This document shows positions 26,691 through 37,623 of a stretch of 64,000 nucleotides of DNA, in pieces. The translations under genes and the position numbers were made by a program. The notes beneath the pieces were generated by a model. The model saw only the letters and a program-made list of their open reading frames with translations, was not told where the DNA came from and did no database searches. Numbering within the stretch: position 1 is the stretch's first letter; each line of letters starts with the position of its first letter. Origin of the DNA: a bacterium (GTDB lineage Bacteria > Zhuqueibacterota > Zhuqueibacteria > Residuimicrobiales > Krinioviventaceae). Location: NCBI GenBank assembly GCA_963674595.2, contig CAXXFV010000015.1, forward strand, positions 96,001 through 160,000. The letters run 5' to 3'.

Positions 26691-28754
26691 TTGAGTTTTT
26701 TAAATCTTTCCATATTGTTCGGTTTGCTCGCTGTAGCTGTTCCTCTTTTAATACATTTACTGTCGAGGTCTAAAAACCGGGTTATTCCCTTCAGTTCATT
26801 AACTTTTTTACTAGAGCTGCAGCAGCATAAAGTCCGTCGAATTAAATTAAAACAATTGCTTATTTTAATTCTTCGCATGTTGATTGTCATTTTGCTTGTT
26901 TTGGCTTTTGCACGTCCTATTTTTAAAAGCCGCTCTGCAAATCCTGCCGATGTAAACGCCGGTACGACAGCCGTAATTGTGCTTGACAATTCATTCAGTA
27001 TGACGGTCCCGCAAAACAACTCGTCGTTGTTTCAAACCGCTAAAGCTAAAATAAATGAAATCATTCAGATAATGCGTCAGGGGGATGAGGTTTATTTATT
27101 ATTTTCCACGGATTCAAGTTATTTAAATACACAGGCTTTTTTAAATTTTGAAAATTTACAAAACAGCCTCAAAAACAAAATGACAAGTTTTGTTGTTTCC
27201 GACTTGAATAAAGCGATAGATGCATCACAGGAAATTTTTCATAATACGGTGAACATAAATAAAGAACTTTATGTTATATCTGATTTTCAAAAATCAACAC
27301 TGCCGGATTCCTTTTCATTAACTGAGCAGGATGTCCGTATCTTTGCTTTACCGGTCCGACCGGAATTTATTTCAAATGTTTCTGTTGATAAGGTTTTGCT
27401 GGTTAATACGATACTGGAAAAAAATAAAGTCCTGGAACTGGAAGCAGTTGTTGCAAATTATGGTACCCAGCCGGTTCAAAATAAATTGGCCCAGCTATTT
27501 ATAAACGATGAGCGGGTTGCCCAGACGACGTTTAGTTTGGAACCTGATCAATCCAAAACACTTTTTTTTAAATTTGTCCCTGATCAAAGCGGCCTGTTTA
27601 GCGGCTATATCGTTCTGGAAGATGATGACGTATTAAAAGATAACAAACATTATTTTTCATTTACCATTCCGGATAAGATCCCGGTGGGTTTGATTGGCCA
27701 GAGAAATGCCGATACCCAATTCATCAACCTTGCGCTGCTGCCGGATGATAATTCCAATTTTGATGTTACAACAATAAAGTCAGGTAATTTTGAAAATGTT
27801 TCTTTGGGACAGTTTCAGGTTGTCGCTTGTCGGATTTGTCAATTTCAGCCGAAAAAAATTACAGGATATATGGGCTTTTGTCGAAAATGGTGGTGGATTG
27901 TTTTAGCGCTTGGAGATTTTGATTTAGAGGATTTTAATTCGACCATTGCACAACAGTTCCATCTGCCGAAATTAACCGGTGTTTATGAAAATAAACTTGC
28001 AAGTGATGACCAATTTTTATCCTTTGGGAATATTGATTTTACTCACCCGGTTTTTAAAGGTATTTTTAAAGAACCGCAAACAAAAATAAAAAATCCACAT
28101 ATTTTCAAGGCTTTTCAAACTGAAAAATCCGGGGACATTGACGTTATTATACCCCTAAGTAATGGTTTCCCGTTTTTATATGAAAAAAACGCCGGACAGG
28201 GCAAAATTATTGTTATGACATCCGGATTGGGTGATGAATATTCTGATTTTACATATCAAACAATTTTTGCTCCACTAATGTCACGAATGTTTTCCTATCT
28301 TGCTGTTCATCAGCAAACACAGGCAAGCGAATATAATATCCTTGATGAATTGAGGTTATCTGTCGATGCAAGGTTGGTTGACCAAGATCTGGAAATTATT
28401 CGTCCTGATAATCAGGCTGAAAAAGTAACTCCAACTATTTTATCCGGTGGTTTGTATTTAAAATATGCACAGACCAATATTCCCGGTAATTACAAACTTA
28501 ATTCCGGGCAGACACAAATTGCTCAATGGTCTGTTAATATTTCTCCGGAAGAATCAGTTTTTAAATATTATGATAATAAAGAGTTGGAAAAATTTCATTT
28601 TAATGTTTTAAAAGAATCCAATATTGAGCAGTCTGTGAAAAACCAGCGATTTGGTAAAGAACTGTGGAAATATTTTGTCCTGGCGGCATTGATTTTGTTG
28701 ATTTTAGAGATGCTTCTTTTTCGGGAAAAAGGTGATTCTGCATCTGCTGAATAA
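26691..28754 (+). CDS. BatA/vWA domain membrane protein
   Basis: PLLIHLL...LLVLAFARP (BatA), LDNSFSM vWA motif, C-terminal ELWKYF TM segment; residues at about 27825-27905 appear out of frame. Confidence 0.8.
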   Translation: MSFLNLSILFGLLAVAVPLLIHLLSRSKNRVIPFSSLTFLLELQQHKVRRIKLKQLLILILRMLIVILLVLAFARPIFKSRSANPADVNAGTTAVIVLDNSFSMTVPQNNSSLFQTAKAKINEIIQIMRQGDEVYLLFSTDSSYLNTQAFLNFENLQNSLKNKMTSFVVSDLNKAIDASQEIFHNTVNINKELYVISDFQKSTLPDSFSLTEQDVRIFALPVRPEFISNVSVDKVLLVNTILEKNKVLELEAVVANYGTQPVQNKLAQLFINDERVAQTTFSLEPDQSKTLFFKFVPDQSGLFSGYIVLEDDDVLKDNKHYFSFTIPDKIPVGLIGQRNADTQFINLALLPDDNSNFDVTTIKSGNFENVSLGQFQVVACRICQFQPKKITGYMGFCRKWWWIVLALGDFDLEDFNSTIAQQFHLPKLTGVYENKLASDDQFLSFGNIDFTHPVFKGIFKEPQTKIKNPHIFKAFQTEKSGDIDVIIPLSNGFPFLYEKNAGQGKIIVMTSGLGDEYSDFTYQTIFAPLMSRMFSYLAVHQQTQASEYNILDELRLSVDARLVDQDLEIIRPDNQAEKVTPTILSGGLYLKYAQTNIPGNYKLNSGQTQIAQWSVNISPEESVFKYYDNKELEKFHFNVLKESNIEQSVKNQRFGKELWKYFVLAALILLILEMLLFREKGDSASAE

Positions 28755-28774
28755 AGATATATTTTGAGGTTATA

Positions 28775-30067
28775 TTGATAAAAATAGAAGAAGAACAAAA
28801 AGAACGTGCTATTGTTGTCGGCGTCATTCGTCCCGACCAAAACCGGTTTATGGTTTCCGATTATCTCGATGAACTGGAACTTTTGGCAGATACTGCCGGC
28901 GCTGAAATTGTCGAGCGTATGGTGCAGGAACGTGACCGTTTTGATCCGGCCTTTATGATTGGTCGCGGAAAGGTGCAGGAGCTTTCGGCAATGACAAAAT
29001 ATTTGGATGCCGACCTTGTAATTTTTGATGATGATTTAACACCTGCCCAGGTTAAAAATATTGAAGAAGTTTGTAAGGTTAAAATTTTGGACCGAAGCGG
29101 TTTGATTTGGATATTTTTGCCAAACATGCCAGAACACGCGAAGCCAGAACACAGGTCGAACTGGCACAGTTAAAATATTTACTGCCGCGTTTGACACGTC
29201 AATGGACGCACCTGTCGCGTCAGGTTGGTGGTATTGGTGTTCGCGGACCGGGTGAAACACAGCTCGAAGTGGACAGGCGTATGCTGAGAAAACGCATCGG
29301 GGTTTTGGAAGCTGAACTGGAAAAAAATTGCCCGGCAGCGATCCATCAGGCGCAAAAATCGCAAAACCGTATTTAAACTTGGGCTTATTGGCTATACAAA
29401 TGTGGGTAAATCCACAATTTTAAACGCATTAACCGAAGCTGATGTTTTGGTGGAAGACCGTTTATTTGCTACCCTGGATTCCACCATTCGTTCCTTTAAA
29501 CTTTCAGAACATCAGGCGGTTTTGTTGATCGATACGGTGGGTTTTATTCGCAAACTGCCCCATCATTTGGTCGCTTCTTTTAAAAGCACATTGGAAGAAG
29601 TTTCCAACGCCGATTGTTTGTTACACGTTATAGATATGACCCATCCGCAGTTTCGTGAGCAAATTTATGCTGTGGAACGTGTTTTGTCAGAGTTAAAAAT
29701 GGACAAAAAACCTCTGTTAAAAGTTTTTAACAAAATTGACAAGCTGGAAGATTCGACACTTATAGCAAAATTAAAACAAACCGACCAGCCCTGTGTGTTT
29801 GTTTCGGCAAGTCAGGGTATCTTTTTAAACGATTTGAAAGAACAGGTTAAAACCTTTGTTGAACATGCATCGAAAAACCTGCAGCTTGTTTTAGCTATTC
29901 AGGATGTTAAAGTTTTACCGCTGTTAAATCAGTTTGCAGAAGTCGCGAATATCACTTATGAGGATGACAGGGCAATTATTGATTTGCGTGCTACAGAAGA
30001 GAATGTGGGACGAATTAATCGTTTGCTTGAAAAGGAAAATATTTCTGTATTAGAGGTGCAGGATTAA
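28775..30067 (+). pseudogene. hflX: GTPase HflX, split by two frameshifts (probably sequence errors)
   Basis: Three consecutive ORF pieces: DRSGLI|[23 protein letters not shown]|IARQR..GYTNVGKS..DTVGFI..NKID; indels at 29106-29108 and 29321-29327. Confidence 0.88.
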
Positions 30068-30068
30068 A

Positions 30069-31418
30069 ATGAGATTTCTCGTTGTAGATGATGATACCAA
30101 TGTGTGCTCGTCGCTAAAATGGCTGTTGACCCAGGAAGGGCATAAAGTTCAGACAGGTTCAAACGGAAATGCAGCCGTAAAACTGGTTCAGGAAAACGAG
30201 TTTGATGCGGCTTTTATGGATGTTATGATGCCGGAACTGAATGGTTTGGATGCCCTGAAAAAGATCCTTGAAATTGCACCTCAGTTAAAAGTTTTTATGA
30301 TATCCGGACAGGCTGATATTGAAATGGCCGTCAAGGCGACAAAATATGGGGCTTATGATTTTTTGGAAAAACCGCTCAATCCTGAACGAACCCTGCTTGA
30401 AGTTCGTAAACTGGTTGAGCAAACAAAGGCCCAAAAGGAAATTAATTCTTTAAAAAAACTGGCCGATGTTGATTATCGAATAGTTGGTGATTCTCTGGTT
30501 ATAAAAAATTTGCTGGAAATTGTTCACCGGGCCGCTCCCAGTGAGGGCAGGATTTTAATATTTGGCGAAAACGGCACGGGCAAAGAGCTTGTTGCCCGTG
30601 AAATCCACAAAACAAGTGCCAGAGCAGATGCCCCTTTTGTGCAGTTGAATTGTGCCGCCATTCCGGGTGAATTGATCGAAAGTGAATTGTTTGGTTATGA
30701 AAAAGGGGCTTTTACAGGCGCCATCCGGCGCAAACCGGGGCTCATTGAACAGGCTGAAGGCGGGACTCTGTTTTTGGATGAAGTTGGTGATATGGCCCTG
30801 GAAACGCAGGCAAAACTTTTACGGGTCCTCCAGGAAAATGAATTTTTCAGGGTCGGTTCTACAAAACCGATAAAATTTAATGTGCGGATTTTAGCCGCAA
30901 CCAACAAAGATTTGAGTGCTGAAATAAAACAGGGACGTTTTCGTGAAGATTTGTATTTTCGCTTGAATGTGATACCTGTGAATGTACCGCCTTTACGTGA
31001 AAGACTGGAAGATATTCCGGACCTGGTGTCCCATTTTTTACAACGGTATTCCATTAAAAACGGGAAAAAATTAAAAAAATTATCCGATAAATCAATTCAA
31101 ATGCTGCAAAATTACCATTGGCCGGGAAATGTCCGGGAACTTGGAAATATAATTGAACGTTTAGCCATTATGACTATTGGTGATAATATTATGGAACAGG
31201 ATGTGAGTCTTGTTTTGGGAGGAACCGGTGACAATAATGAAAATGCTTTCACTTCCAATTCCTCTTTTACATCGCTCAAAGACCAAATGGACCAGGTTGA
31301 AAAAGCCATTCTGTTAAAAGCTTTAAAAGACTGCGAAGGGAATATTTCTAAAGTGTCTTCTATGCTTCAAACCGATAGAGCGAATTTGTACAAAAAGTTT
31401 AAAAAATATGGAATATAG
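30069..31418 (+). CDS. Sigma54-dependent response regulator (NtrC/NtrX family)
   Basis: REC with Asp (FMDVMMP), GENGTGKE, GAFTGA, WPGNVREL and C-terminal Fis HTH. Confidence 0.93.
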   Translation: MRFLVVDDDTNVCSSLKWLLTQEGHKVQTGSNGNAAVKLVQENEFDAAFMDVMMPELNGLDALKKILEIAPQLKVFMISGQADIEMAVKATKYGAYDFLEKPLNPERTLLEVRKLVEQTKAQKEINSLKKLADVDYRIVGDSLVIKNLLEIVHRAAPSEGRILIFGENGTGKELVAREIHKTSARADAPFVQLNCAAIPGELIESELFGYEKGAFTGAIRRKPGLIEQAEGGTLFLDEVGDMALETQAKLLRVLQENEFFRVGSTKPIKFNVRILAATNKDLSAEIKQGRFREDLYFRLNVIPVNVPPLRERLEDIPDLVSHFLQRYSIKNGKKLKKLSDKSIQMLQNYHWPGNVRELGNIIERLAIMTIGDNIMEQDVSLVLGGTGDNNENAFTSNSSFTSLKDQMDQVEKAILLKALKDCEGNISKVSSMLQTDRANLYKKFKKYGI

Positions 31419-31464
31419 GTCTGGTTCGAAAGAGACGAATCTACATTACAAGAGGAACAAAGGA

Positions 31465-33156
31465 ATGAATTTAAAAAGCAGATGGATCAGTGTTTTAGCG
31501 GTTATCCTGTTCAGCTTTTCCTCCCTTTTTGCTGATGTTAAAATAAGGGGAACGAATCGGAATTATCAACAAGGGGAATGGATCACATACGGAACGACCC
31601 GTTTTATAAGGTATATATCGCTGGGGAATGAATTTGTTTACTTTGCAACAACCGGGGGTATTACTCGTTTTAATTATTACAGCAACAGGTGGGATTTCCC
31701 GTGGACGATCAGCAATGGTTTGGCTGATAATAATATTTTTTTGGTGGCCCAAGATTCGGGCACAGGATATTTATGGTGTGTTACTGAAAAAAGCCTGAGT
31801 TGTTTGGAACCGGCAACAAAGTATTGGAACAACTATTTTTTCGATGAAATGAACCTGGGAAATGTTTATAATGGTGAAGCAATCTTGTCCCTAGGGTTGG
31901 GACGTTCCGGAGAATTGTACGTTTATACCAAATATAAAGAGATATACAAAACCGACTATTTATTTGTAAATTTTGACCGGGTAGAAGAAAGCATTAATAA
32001 TCTAACACAGCAAAATCAAATAAAATGGTTTGGTGGAGCTTTGGAACCACAACGAGGAGAAATGCCTTTTTTCTTTTTACCCCAGGGATATTTATTGGAT
32101 AAAGATAATCTTTTTATCAGTGATTTGAATTTTAGAGATGTTGATATTACCTATTGGATAAGAGATTCGTGGCAAAATTTATGGGTTGCCACGTGGGGAC
32201 TTGGTGCGGCAAGGGGCGATATGAATGTTATGCGTATGGAACTATTACCCTATGGTTTGTGGGATGAAACAGTGGACGCTGTCATCAAAGATGAAGATGC
32301 CTTATGGGTTGGAGGTATACAACAACATGATGACATTGCCGGAATAACCGAATTTTATGAAAATGATGAACCGGTATATTATGAACCCCATTTTATTACC
32401 GGTTTTGATAACGATCGGATTTCTTCAATTGCCTCTAACGGAAAGGCTATTTGGTTTGGTACTGATGATGGTATTACAAAATTCAATAAACACAACAATA
32501 AATGGACAACCTTGAAAGAGATTGATAATTTAATCGATAATAAAGTAACCGATATTGTTGTTTATGGAGACAATTTGTTTGTTTCTACGTTACGAGGTGT
32601 GTCTCATGTTTATACCGCAGCCGCAAATAAAGACTCTGCTTATATTAATGATATTTTATACAAAAGTCTGGGCGAAATTAAAGTTTATGATCTTGAATTG
32701 CAGAAAAATTTACTGTGGATGGCAACGGAATTTGGTATTTTTATATATGATATAGAAACAGAAAAAGGCGGTTATTATAAAGGGGCGATTGGGCCGTCAG
32801 ACCGGCAAACTTTTGCCGTTTCTCATTATCAAGATGAAGTTTGGTTTGGCACTGAAGACGGCGTTGCTGCTTTTAATGTGGAAACAAAAACATGGCTGAA
32901 ACCACCGGCAAAGTTGTATGAAACCGATGCCGAAATTTATAAAATTTTAGCTGATAAAGATGCCGTATGGGTAGCTACGAATCAGGGTGTATTGAAATAC
33001 AACCGGTTTATGGGACGATGGACCCAGTTTACGGTTGAAGACGGCTTACCTTCACAAAATGTATATTCTCTTATGCTGGACGGAGATTATATCTGGTTTG
33101 GAACGGACCAGGGTTTGACAAAGTTTTATTGGAATTCACCTTATCGGACTGACTGA
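31465..33156 (+). CDS. Secreted beta-propeller protein (two-component regulator propeller-like repeats)
   Basis: Signal peptide; repeated IWFGT/LWVAT..G motifs, DGLPSQNV; SD GAGGA before ATG 31465. Confidence 0.7.
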   Translation: MNLKSRWISVLAVILFSFSSLFADVKIRGTNRNYQQGEWITYGTTRFIRYISLGNEFVYFATTGGITRFNYYSNRWDFPWTISNGLADNNIFLVAQDSGTGYLWCVTEKSLSCLEPATKYWNNYFFDEMNLGNVYNGEAILSLGLGRSGELYVYTKYKEIYKTDYLFVNFDRVEESINNLTQQNQIKWFGGALEPQRGEMPFFFLPQGYLLDKDNLFISDLNFRDVDITYWIRDSWQNLWVATWGLGAARGDMNVMRMELLPYGLWDETVDAVIKDEDALWVGGIQQHDDIAGITEFYENDEPVYYEPHFITGFDNDRISSIASNGKAIWFGTDDGITKFNKHNNKWTTLKEIDNLIDNKVTDIVVYGDNLFVSTLRGVSHVYTAAANKDSAYINDILYKSLGEIKVYDLELQKNLLWMATEFGIFIYDIETEKGGYYKGAIGPSDRQTFAVSHYQDEVWFGTEDGVAAFNVETKTWLKPPAKLYETDAEIYKILADKDAVWVATNQGVLKYNRFMGRWTQFTVEDGLPSQNVYSLMLDGDYIWFGTDQGLTKFYWNSPYRTD

Positions 33157-33160
33157 TTTT

Positions 33161-34447
33161 ATGATTGACGACACTGAAGAGCAATTTCAAAATGCCGTCC
33201 GGTATCTTTATGATCTTGAGGTTTTTGGGATAAATTTGGGCCTTGATCGGATGAAGGCCCTGTTAAATGCATTTGGAAATCCTCACCAGAACATGAAATT
33301 CATTCACATCGCCGGAACGAATGGCAAGGGTTCTGTTGCCGCGATGCTTGATTCGGTTTTACGGGAACACGGTTATAATACCGGACTCTATACATCACCT
33401 CATCTTGTTGATGTTCGTGAACGAATTCGGTTTAATGGTGATTTTATTTCAAAACAGGATTTTATTACTTTTGTTCGCAAACTCGAACCTGCTATAAAAC
33501 AGTATCAATGTACATTTTTCGAAGCAATGACCGCTTTGGCCCTGTTATATTTTTCCAGTAAAAATATTGATTATGCTATATTGGAAGTCGGGTTAGGCGG
33601 AAGGCTCGATGCCACAAATGTGGTAACTCCCGTATGTTCGGTTATTACATCTGTGCAATTCGACCATACAAGTCATTTGGGAAAAACACTCAAAGATATT
33701 GCTGTTGAAAAGGCCGGAATTATTAAAGAAAACATTCCCAGTGTTGTCGGAGATTTGCCATTAGAAGCAAAAAGTGAGATTGTCAAGATCGCCCAATCTA
33801 GAAAGAGCATGTTAACAGATGCATCAGTAAAATATCGATTAACACATGTCGATGTTTCAAAAGACAAATCTTTCTTTCAAGTTGAAACGCCCTTGTGGGG
33901 AGACAAACCGTTTGAAATACCTTTTATTGGTGAGTTTCAGGTAAAGAATACATTAATTGTTTTGGCAGCTCTGTTTCAATTAACCGATCATAATTTGGCC
34001 TTGAGTTACAACCATATTAATAATGGGTTGCGTAAAGCTGTCTGGCAGGGACGGTTTCAAAAAATACAAGAGAACCCAACCGTTATTGCAGATGTGGCCC
34101 ATAATCCGGCTTCTATGCAGCAACTGGTGAAAAATTTTGAAAAATTGTATCAGGATTCCAAAATAGTTATTCTGCTTGGATTGCTTGATGATAAAGATTA
34201 TAAACAAATTATTGAAATTTTAAAACCTGTAGTAAAAATAATAGTTCCTTTGGAGATTGATGCAAAACGAGCGCTGAATCCGTCCGTGTTACAACGTGAA
34301 ATATGTAAATCAGGGATCGAATCGGGTCCTGTTTCAACTGTAACAGAAGGATTGGATTACGCATTAAAACATTATAAGAATTATATAATTTGTGCAACCG
34401 GCTCTCATTTTGTTATTGGTGAGGTTTTTAAGAAAATAAAAGCTTGA
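33161..34447 (+). CDS. folC: Folylpolyglutamate synthase/dihydrofolate synthase
   Basis: HIAGTNGKGS, YTSPHL, EVGLGGRLDATN and DVAHNP motifs. Confidence 0.95.
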   Translation: MIDDTEEQFQNAVRYLYDLEVFGINLGLDRMKALLNAFGNPHQNMKFIHIAGTNGKGSVAAMLDSVLREHGYNTGLYTSPHLVDVRERIRFNGDFISKQDFITFVRKLEPAIKQYQCTFFEAMTALALLYFSSKNIDYAILEVGLGGRLDATNVVTPVCSVITSVQFDHTSHLGKTLKDIAVEKAGIIKENIPSVVGDLPLEAKSEIVKIAQSRKSMLTDASVKYRLTHVDVSKDKSFFQVETPLWGDKPFEIPFIGEFQVKNTLIVLAALFQLTDHNLALSYNHINNGLRKAVWQGRFQKIQENPTVIADVAHNPASMQQLVKNFEKLYQDSKIVILLGLLDDKDYKQIIEILKPVVKIIVPLEIDAKRALNPSVLQREICKSGIESGPVSTVTEGLDYALKHYKNYIICATGSHFVIGEVFKKIKA

Positions 34448-34598
34448 CAAAAAGGATATTTTTTTTTAATTTTTTCTGTTAAAACCTGAGTTACCTCTAT
34501 TTTTATACACACCAAAAGATCTTCAAAATTATTACAAGGTGATAGTATTGACTGTTAAGGCAGAGATGCTTTTTATATTCAGGAAAAGGTGAAATCGC

Positions 34599-35693
34599 GT
34601 GGCCCGTGTTGAGCTAAAGAACGTATCAAAGGTTTATGATAAAAACATAAAAGCTGTTGATTCTATTGATTTAGATATCCCTGATAAGGAATTTGTTGTG
34701 CTTGTTGGACCTTCCGGATGTGGTAAATCAACAACATTACGTATGATTGCCGGTTTGGAAGAAGTTACCTTGGGAGATATTTGGATTGGTGATACCCGAG
34801 TTAATGACATTGCCCCAAAGGATAGAGATATTGCAATGGTTTTTCAAAACTATGCGCTTTATCCTCACATGACAGTCTATCAAAATATGTCATTTGGTTT
34901 GAAATTGAGAAAATTTTCTAAAAAAGAAATTGATGACAGGGTCCGGGAAGCAGCAGAAATTCTCGGCATTACAGATTTACTCGACCGAAAACCCAAAGCT
35001 CTTTCCGGCGGCCAGAGACAGCGTGTTGCTGTTGGTCGTGCCATTGTGCGAAAACCTAAAGTATTTTTATTTGATGAACCATTATCCAATTTAGATGCCA
35101 AATTGCGTGTGCAAATGCGTACTGAAATTTCCCGGCTACATACAAAAATCGGAACAACCATGGTTTATGTAACACATGATCAGGTTGAGGCCATGACGAT
35201 GGGAGATCGTATTGTTGTAATGCGTGATGGCGTGATCCAACAAAATGATGCTCCATTAAATTTATATGAACATCCAAAGAATAAATTTGTTGCCGGGTTT
35301 ATTGGAAGTCCCGGTATGAATTTTATGCCCGGTGTTTTGGAGAAAAATGGTTCCTTAGAATTTAAAAATAATAACATTAAGCTTACTATTCCCGAAAAAC
35401 GAAATAAAGTCTTGGAGCCTTATTTTGGAAAAGATGTGATTTTTGGAATTCGGCCTGAAGACGTAAACATTGTAAACGACAGTTCTCCAGGGGTTTCCAC
35501 TGCTGCATTTTCTGTCGATGTTGTTGAGCAGATGGGAAATGAAATATTTATACACCTAAGTTCTAACGATATATCTCTCGTAGGTCGAATAAATCCCGAA
35601 ACAAATGTTAAAGTTAATTCTATTGTAAAAATAGGTTTTGATATGAATAAAGCACATTTTTTTAACATAAAAAATGAGGAGGCTATTTTTTAA
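34599..35693 (+). CDS. Sugar ABC transporter ATP-binding protein (MalK/UgpC/MsmX family)
   Basis: [28 protein letters not shown] and YVTHDQ motifs; TOBE tail. Confidence 0.93.
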   Translation: MARVELKNVSKVYDKNIKAVDSIDLDIPDKEFVVLVGPSGCGKSTTLRMIAGLEEVTLGDIWIGDTRVNDIAPKDRDIAMVFQNYALYPHMTVYQNMSFGLKLRKFSKKEIDDRVREAAEILGITDLLDRKPKALSGGQRQRVAVGRAIVRKPKVFLFDEPLSNLDAKLRVQMRTEISRLHTKIGTTMVYVTHDQVEAMTMGDRIVVMRDGVIQQNDAPLNLYEHPKNKFVAGFIGSPGMNFMPGVLEKNGSLEFKNNNIKLTIPEKRNKVLEPYFGKDVIFGIRPEDVNIVNDSSPGVSTAAFSVDVVEQMGNEIFIHLSSNDISLVGRINPETNVKVNSIVKIGFDMNKAHFFNIKNEEAIF

Positions 35694-35931
35694 GATTGTT
35701 TCTAATTAAAAGTAGGTCTTTGGCTTTTAATCGGGGAGATTCTTGTCAAATTACAAGTGTTTAAAAACAGGATTATATACTACCTAAAACTAATATTTTA
35801 ACCCAAATAACAGCAAATTAGAAAATTGAATAAAAGATGCAAAAGGATCAATACAACTTGTTATCTTTTGTCTATTTTAAGAGAATGTAAGATATTTTTG
35901 CATGCTTTGACTAAAATAAAAGAGGAAATTC

Positions 35932-37179
35932 ATGGATATTACTGAACTTAAGAATTTAAAAATTGCGGAATTAACGCAAATGGGCCAGGAGTTGGGCATT
36001 TCAAAGGTAACTGGCTTGAGAAAATCCGAACTTATTTTTAAAATTCTTGAAGAACAAACAAAAAGAGAAGGTTTCATCTTTGCCGAAGGCGTTTTAGAGG
36101 TCTTACCGGACGGTTATGGTTTTTTAAGATCAACTGATTTTAATTATCTTCCAGGCCCAGATGATATTTATGTATCACCTTCTCAGATTAAACGTTTTGG
36201 TATGCGTACAGGTGATACTGTCTCCGGGCAGATCCGGCCGCCAAAGGAAAATGAAAGGTTTTTTGCCCTGCTTAAAGTAGAGGCGATTAATTATGAAAAT
36301 CCGGATGAAGCCAAGCTCAAAATTCTTTTTGATAATCTGACACCTTTATACCCTGATGAGCGCATTAATCTGGAAACAAAATCCAAAGATTATTCCATGC
36401 GTATTATGAACCTGTTAACGCCTATTGGTAAAGGTCAGAGAGGATTGATCGTTGCGCAGCCGAAAACAGGTAAAACTACACTGCTGCAACAAATTGCAAA
36501 CAGCATAACGGCAAATCATCCCGAAGTTAATATGATTGTACTGTTGATTGATGAACGCCCAGAGGAAGTAACCGATATGCAGCGATCTGTAAAAGCAGAG
36601 GTTGTCAGTTCTACTTTTGACGAGCCGGCCGAAAGACACGTTCAGGTAGCCGATATGGTACTGGAAAAATCAAAAAGACTTGTTGAATATGGCCAGGACG
36701 TGGTTATTCTGTTGGATAGTATTACGCGATTGGCCCGTGCTCACAATGCTGTTGTCCCTCACAGTGGAAAAATCCTTTCCGGTGGTGTGGATGCAAACGC
36801 ATTACACCGTCCAAAACGCTTTTTCGGAGCGGCCAGAAATATTGAAGAAGGCGGCAGTTTAACAATAATTGCAACCGCATTAATCGATACCGGAAGCCGA
36901 ATGGATGATGTTATTTTTGAAGAGTTTAAAGGGACCGGTAATATGGAGCTTGTACTCGACCGCCGTCTTTCGGATCGTCGTGTATTTCCTGCTATCGATG
37001 TTAACCGTTCAGGAACGCGTAAAGAAGAATTGCTGATGAACCCGATGGCCTTAAACAGAATCTGGATTTTGCGAAAATTACTGGCCGAATTGACAACAGT
37101 AGAGGCGATGGAATTTTTATTATCAAAAATTCAGGGTACAAAATCCAACAAGGCATTTTTGGAATCCATGAGCATGTAA
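35932..37179 (+). CDS. rho: Transcription termination factor Rho
   Basis: [23 protein letters not shown] and FKGTGNME motifs. Confidence 0.98.
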   Translation: MDITELKNLKIAELTQMGQELGISKVTGLRKSELIFKILEEQTKREGFIFAEGVLEVLPDGYGFLRSTDFNYLPGPDDIYVSPSQIKRFGMRTGDTVSGQIRPPKENERFFALLKVEAINYENPDEAKLKILFDNLTPLYPDERINLETKSKDYSMRIMNLLTPIGKGQRGLIVAQPKTGKTTLLQQIANSITANHPEVNMIVLLIDERPEEVTDMQRSVKAEVVSSTFDEPAERHVQVADMVLEKSKRLVEYGQDVVILLDSITRLARAHNAVVPHSGKILSGGVDANALHRPKRFFGAARNIEEGGSLTIIATALIDTGSRMDDVIFEEFKGTGNMELVLDRRLSDRRVFPAIDVNRSGTRKEELLMNPMALNRIWILRKLLAELTTVEAMEFLLSKIQGTKSNKAFLESMSM

Positions 37180-37214
37180 AACAATAAAAATAAGAGTGAT
37201 TATAAATGTTTTAC

Positions 37215-37243
37215 TTGCATTCAGTTGAAAATTTTGTTATCTT
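37215..37243 (+). promoter_or_regulatory. Putative sigma70 promoter of rpmE
   Basis: TTGCAT-17bp-TATCTT with extended TG. Confidence 0.5.
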
Positions 37244-37302
37244 ATTTCCTGTGTAAAAATGTAAAAAGTTGTATTATTCTATATATATAAGGAGAGATTT
37301 CC

Positions 37303-37527
37303 TTGAAGAAGGACATACATCCAGAATATAAAATTGGAACGATTACGTGTGCTTGTGGAAATACCTTTCAGGTAAAATCCACAATTGGCGATTTGGATTT
37401 GGAAATTTGTTCCGAATGTCATCCATTTTTTACCGGTAAACAAAAATTCATTGACACCGCAGGTCGTGTTGATAAATTTCGTAAAAAATATGGAAATTAT
37501 AACAAATCTGCTGCACAAAACTCTTAG
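37303..37527 (+). CDS. rpmE: 50S ribosomal protein L31 (Zn-binding C+ form)
   Basis: [13 protein letters not shown] and [10 protein letters not shown] motifs. Confidence 0.97.
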   Translation: MKKDIHPEYKIGTITCACGNTFQVKSTIGDLDLEICSECHPFFTGKQKFIDTAGRVDKFRKKYGNYNKSAAQNS

Positions 37528-37546
37528 TTTTTTTAAGAAAAATTTG

Positions 37547-37595
37547 AACGGAATATTAGACCTCTGTTTCAGGGGGCCATTATTCCGTTTTTTTT
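37547..37595 (+). terminator. Intrinsic terminator after rpmE
   Basis: AACGGAATA...CCTCTG/CAGGGG...TATTCCGTT followed by a T run. Confidence 0.6.
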
Positions 37596-37623
37596 GTTTA
37601 TAGATGCCGGAGACGGAATACCT

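Noticed and set aside
29321-29327. Programmed frameshift in hflX
   Set aside because: Two opposite indels are needed and more indels cluster nearby, so assembly error is simpler.
34485-34583. Long imperfect stem in the ABC ATPase leader (CCTGAGT/ATTCAGG, CACC/GGTG)
   Set aside because: The helices are short and interrupted in AT-rich DNA; not distinguishable from chance by eye.
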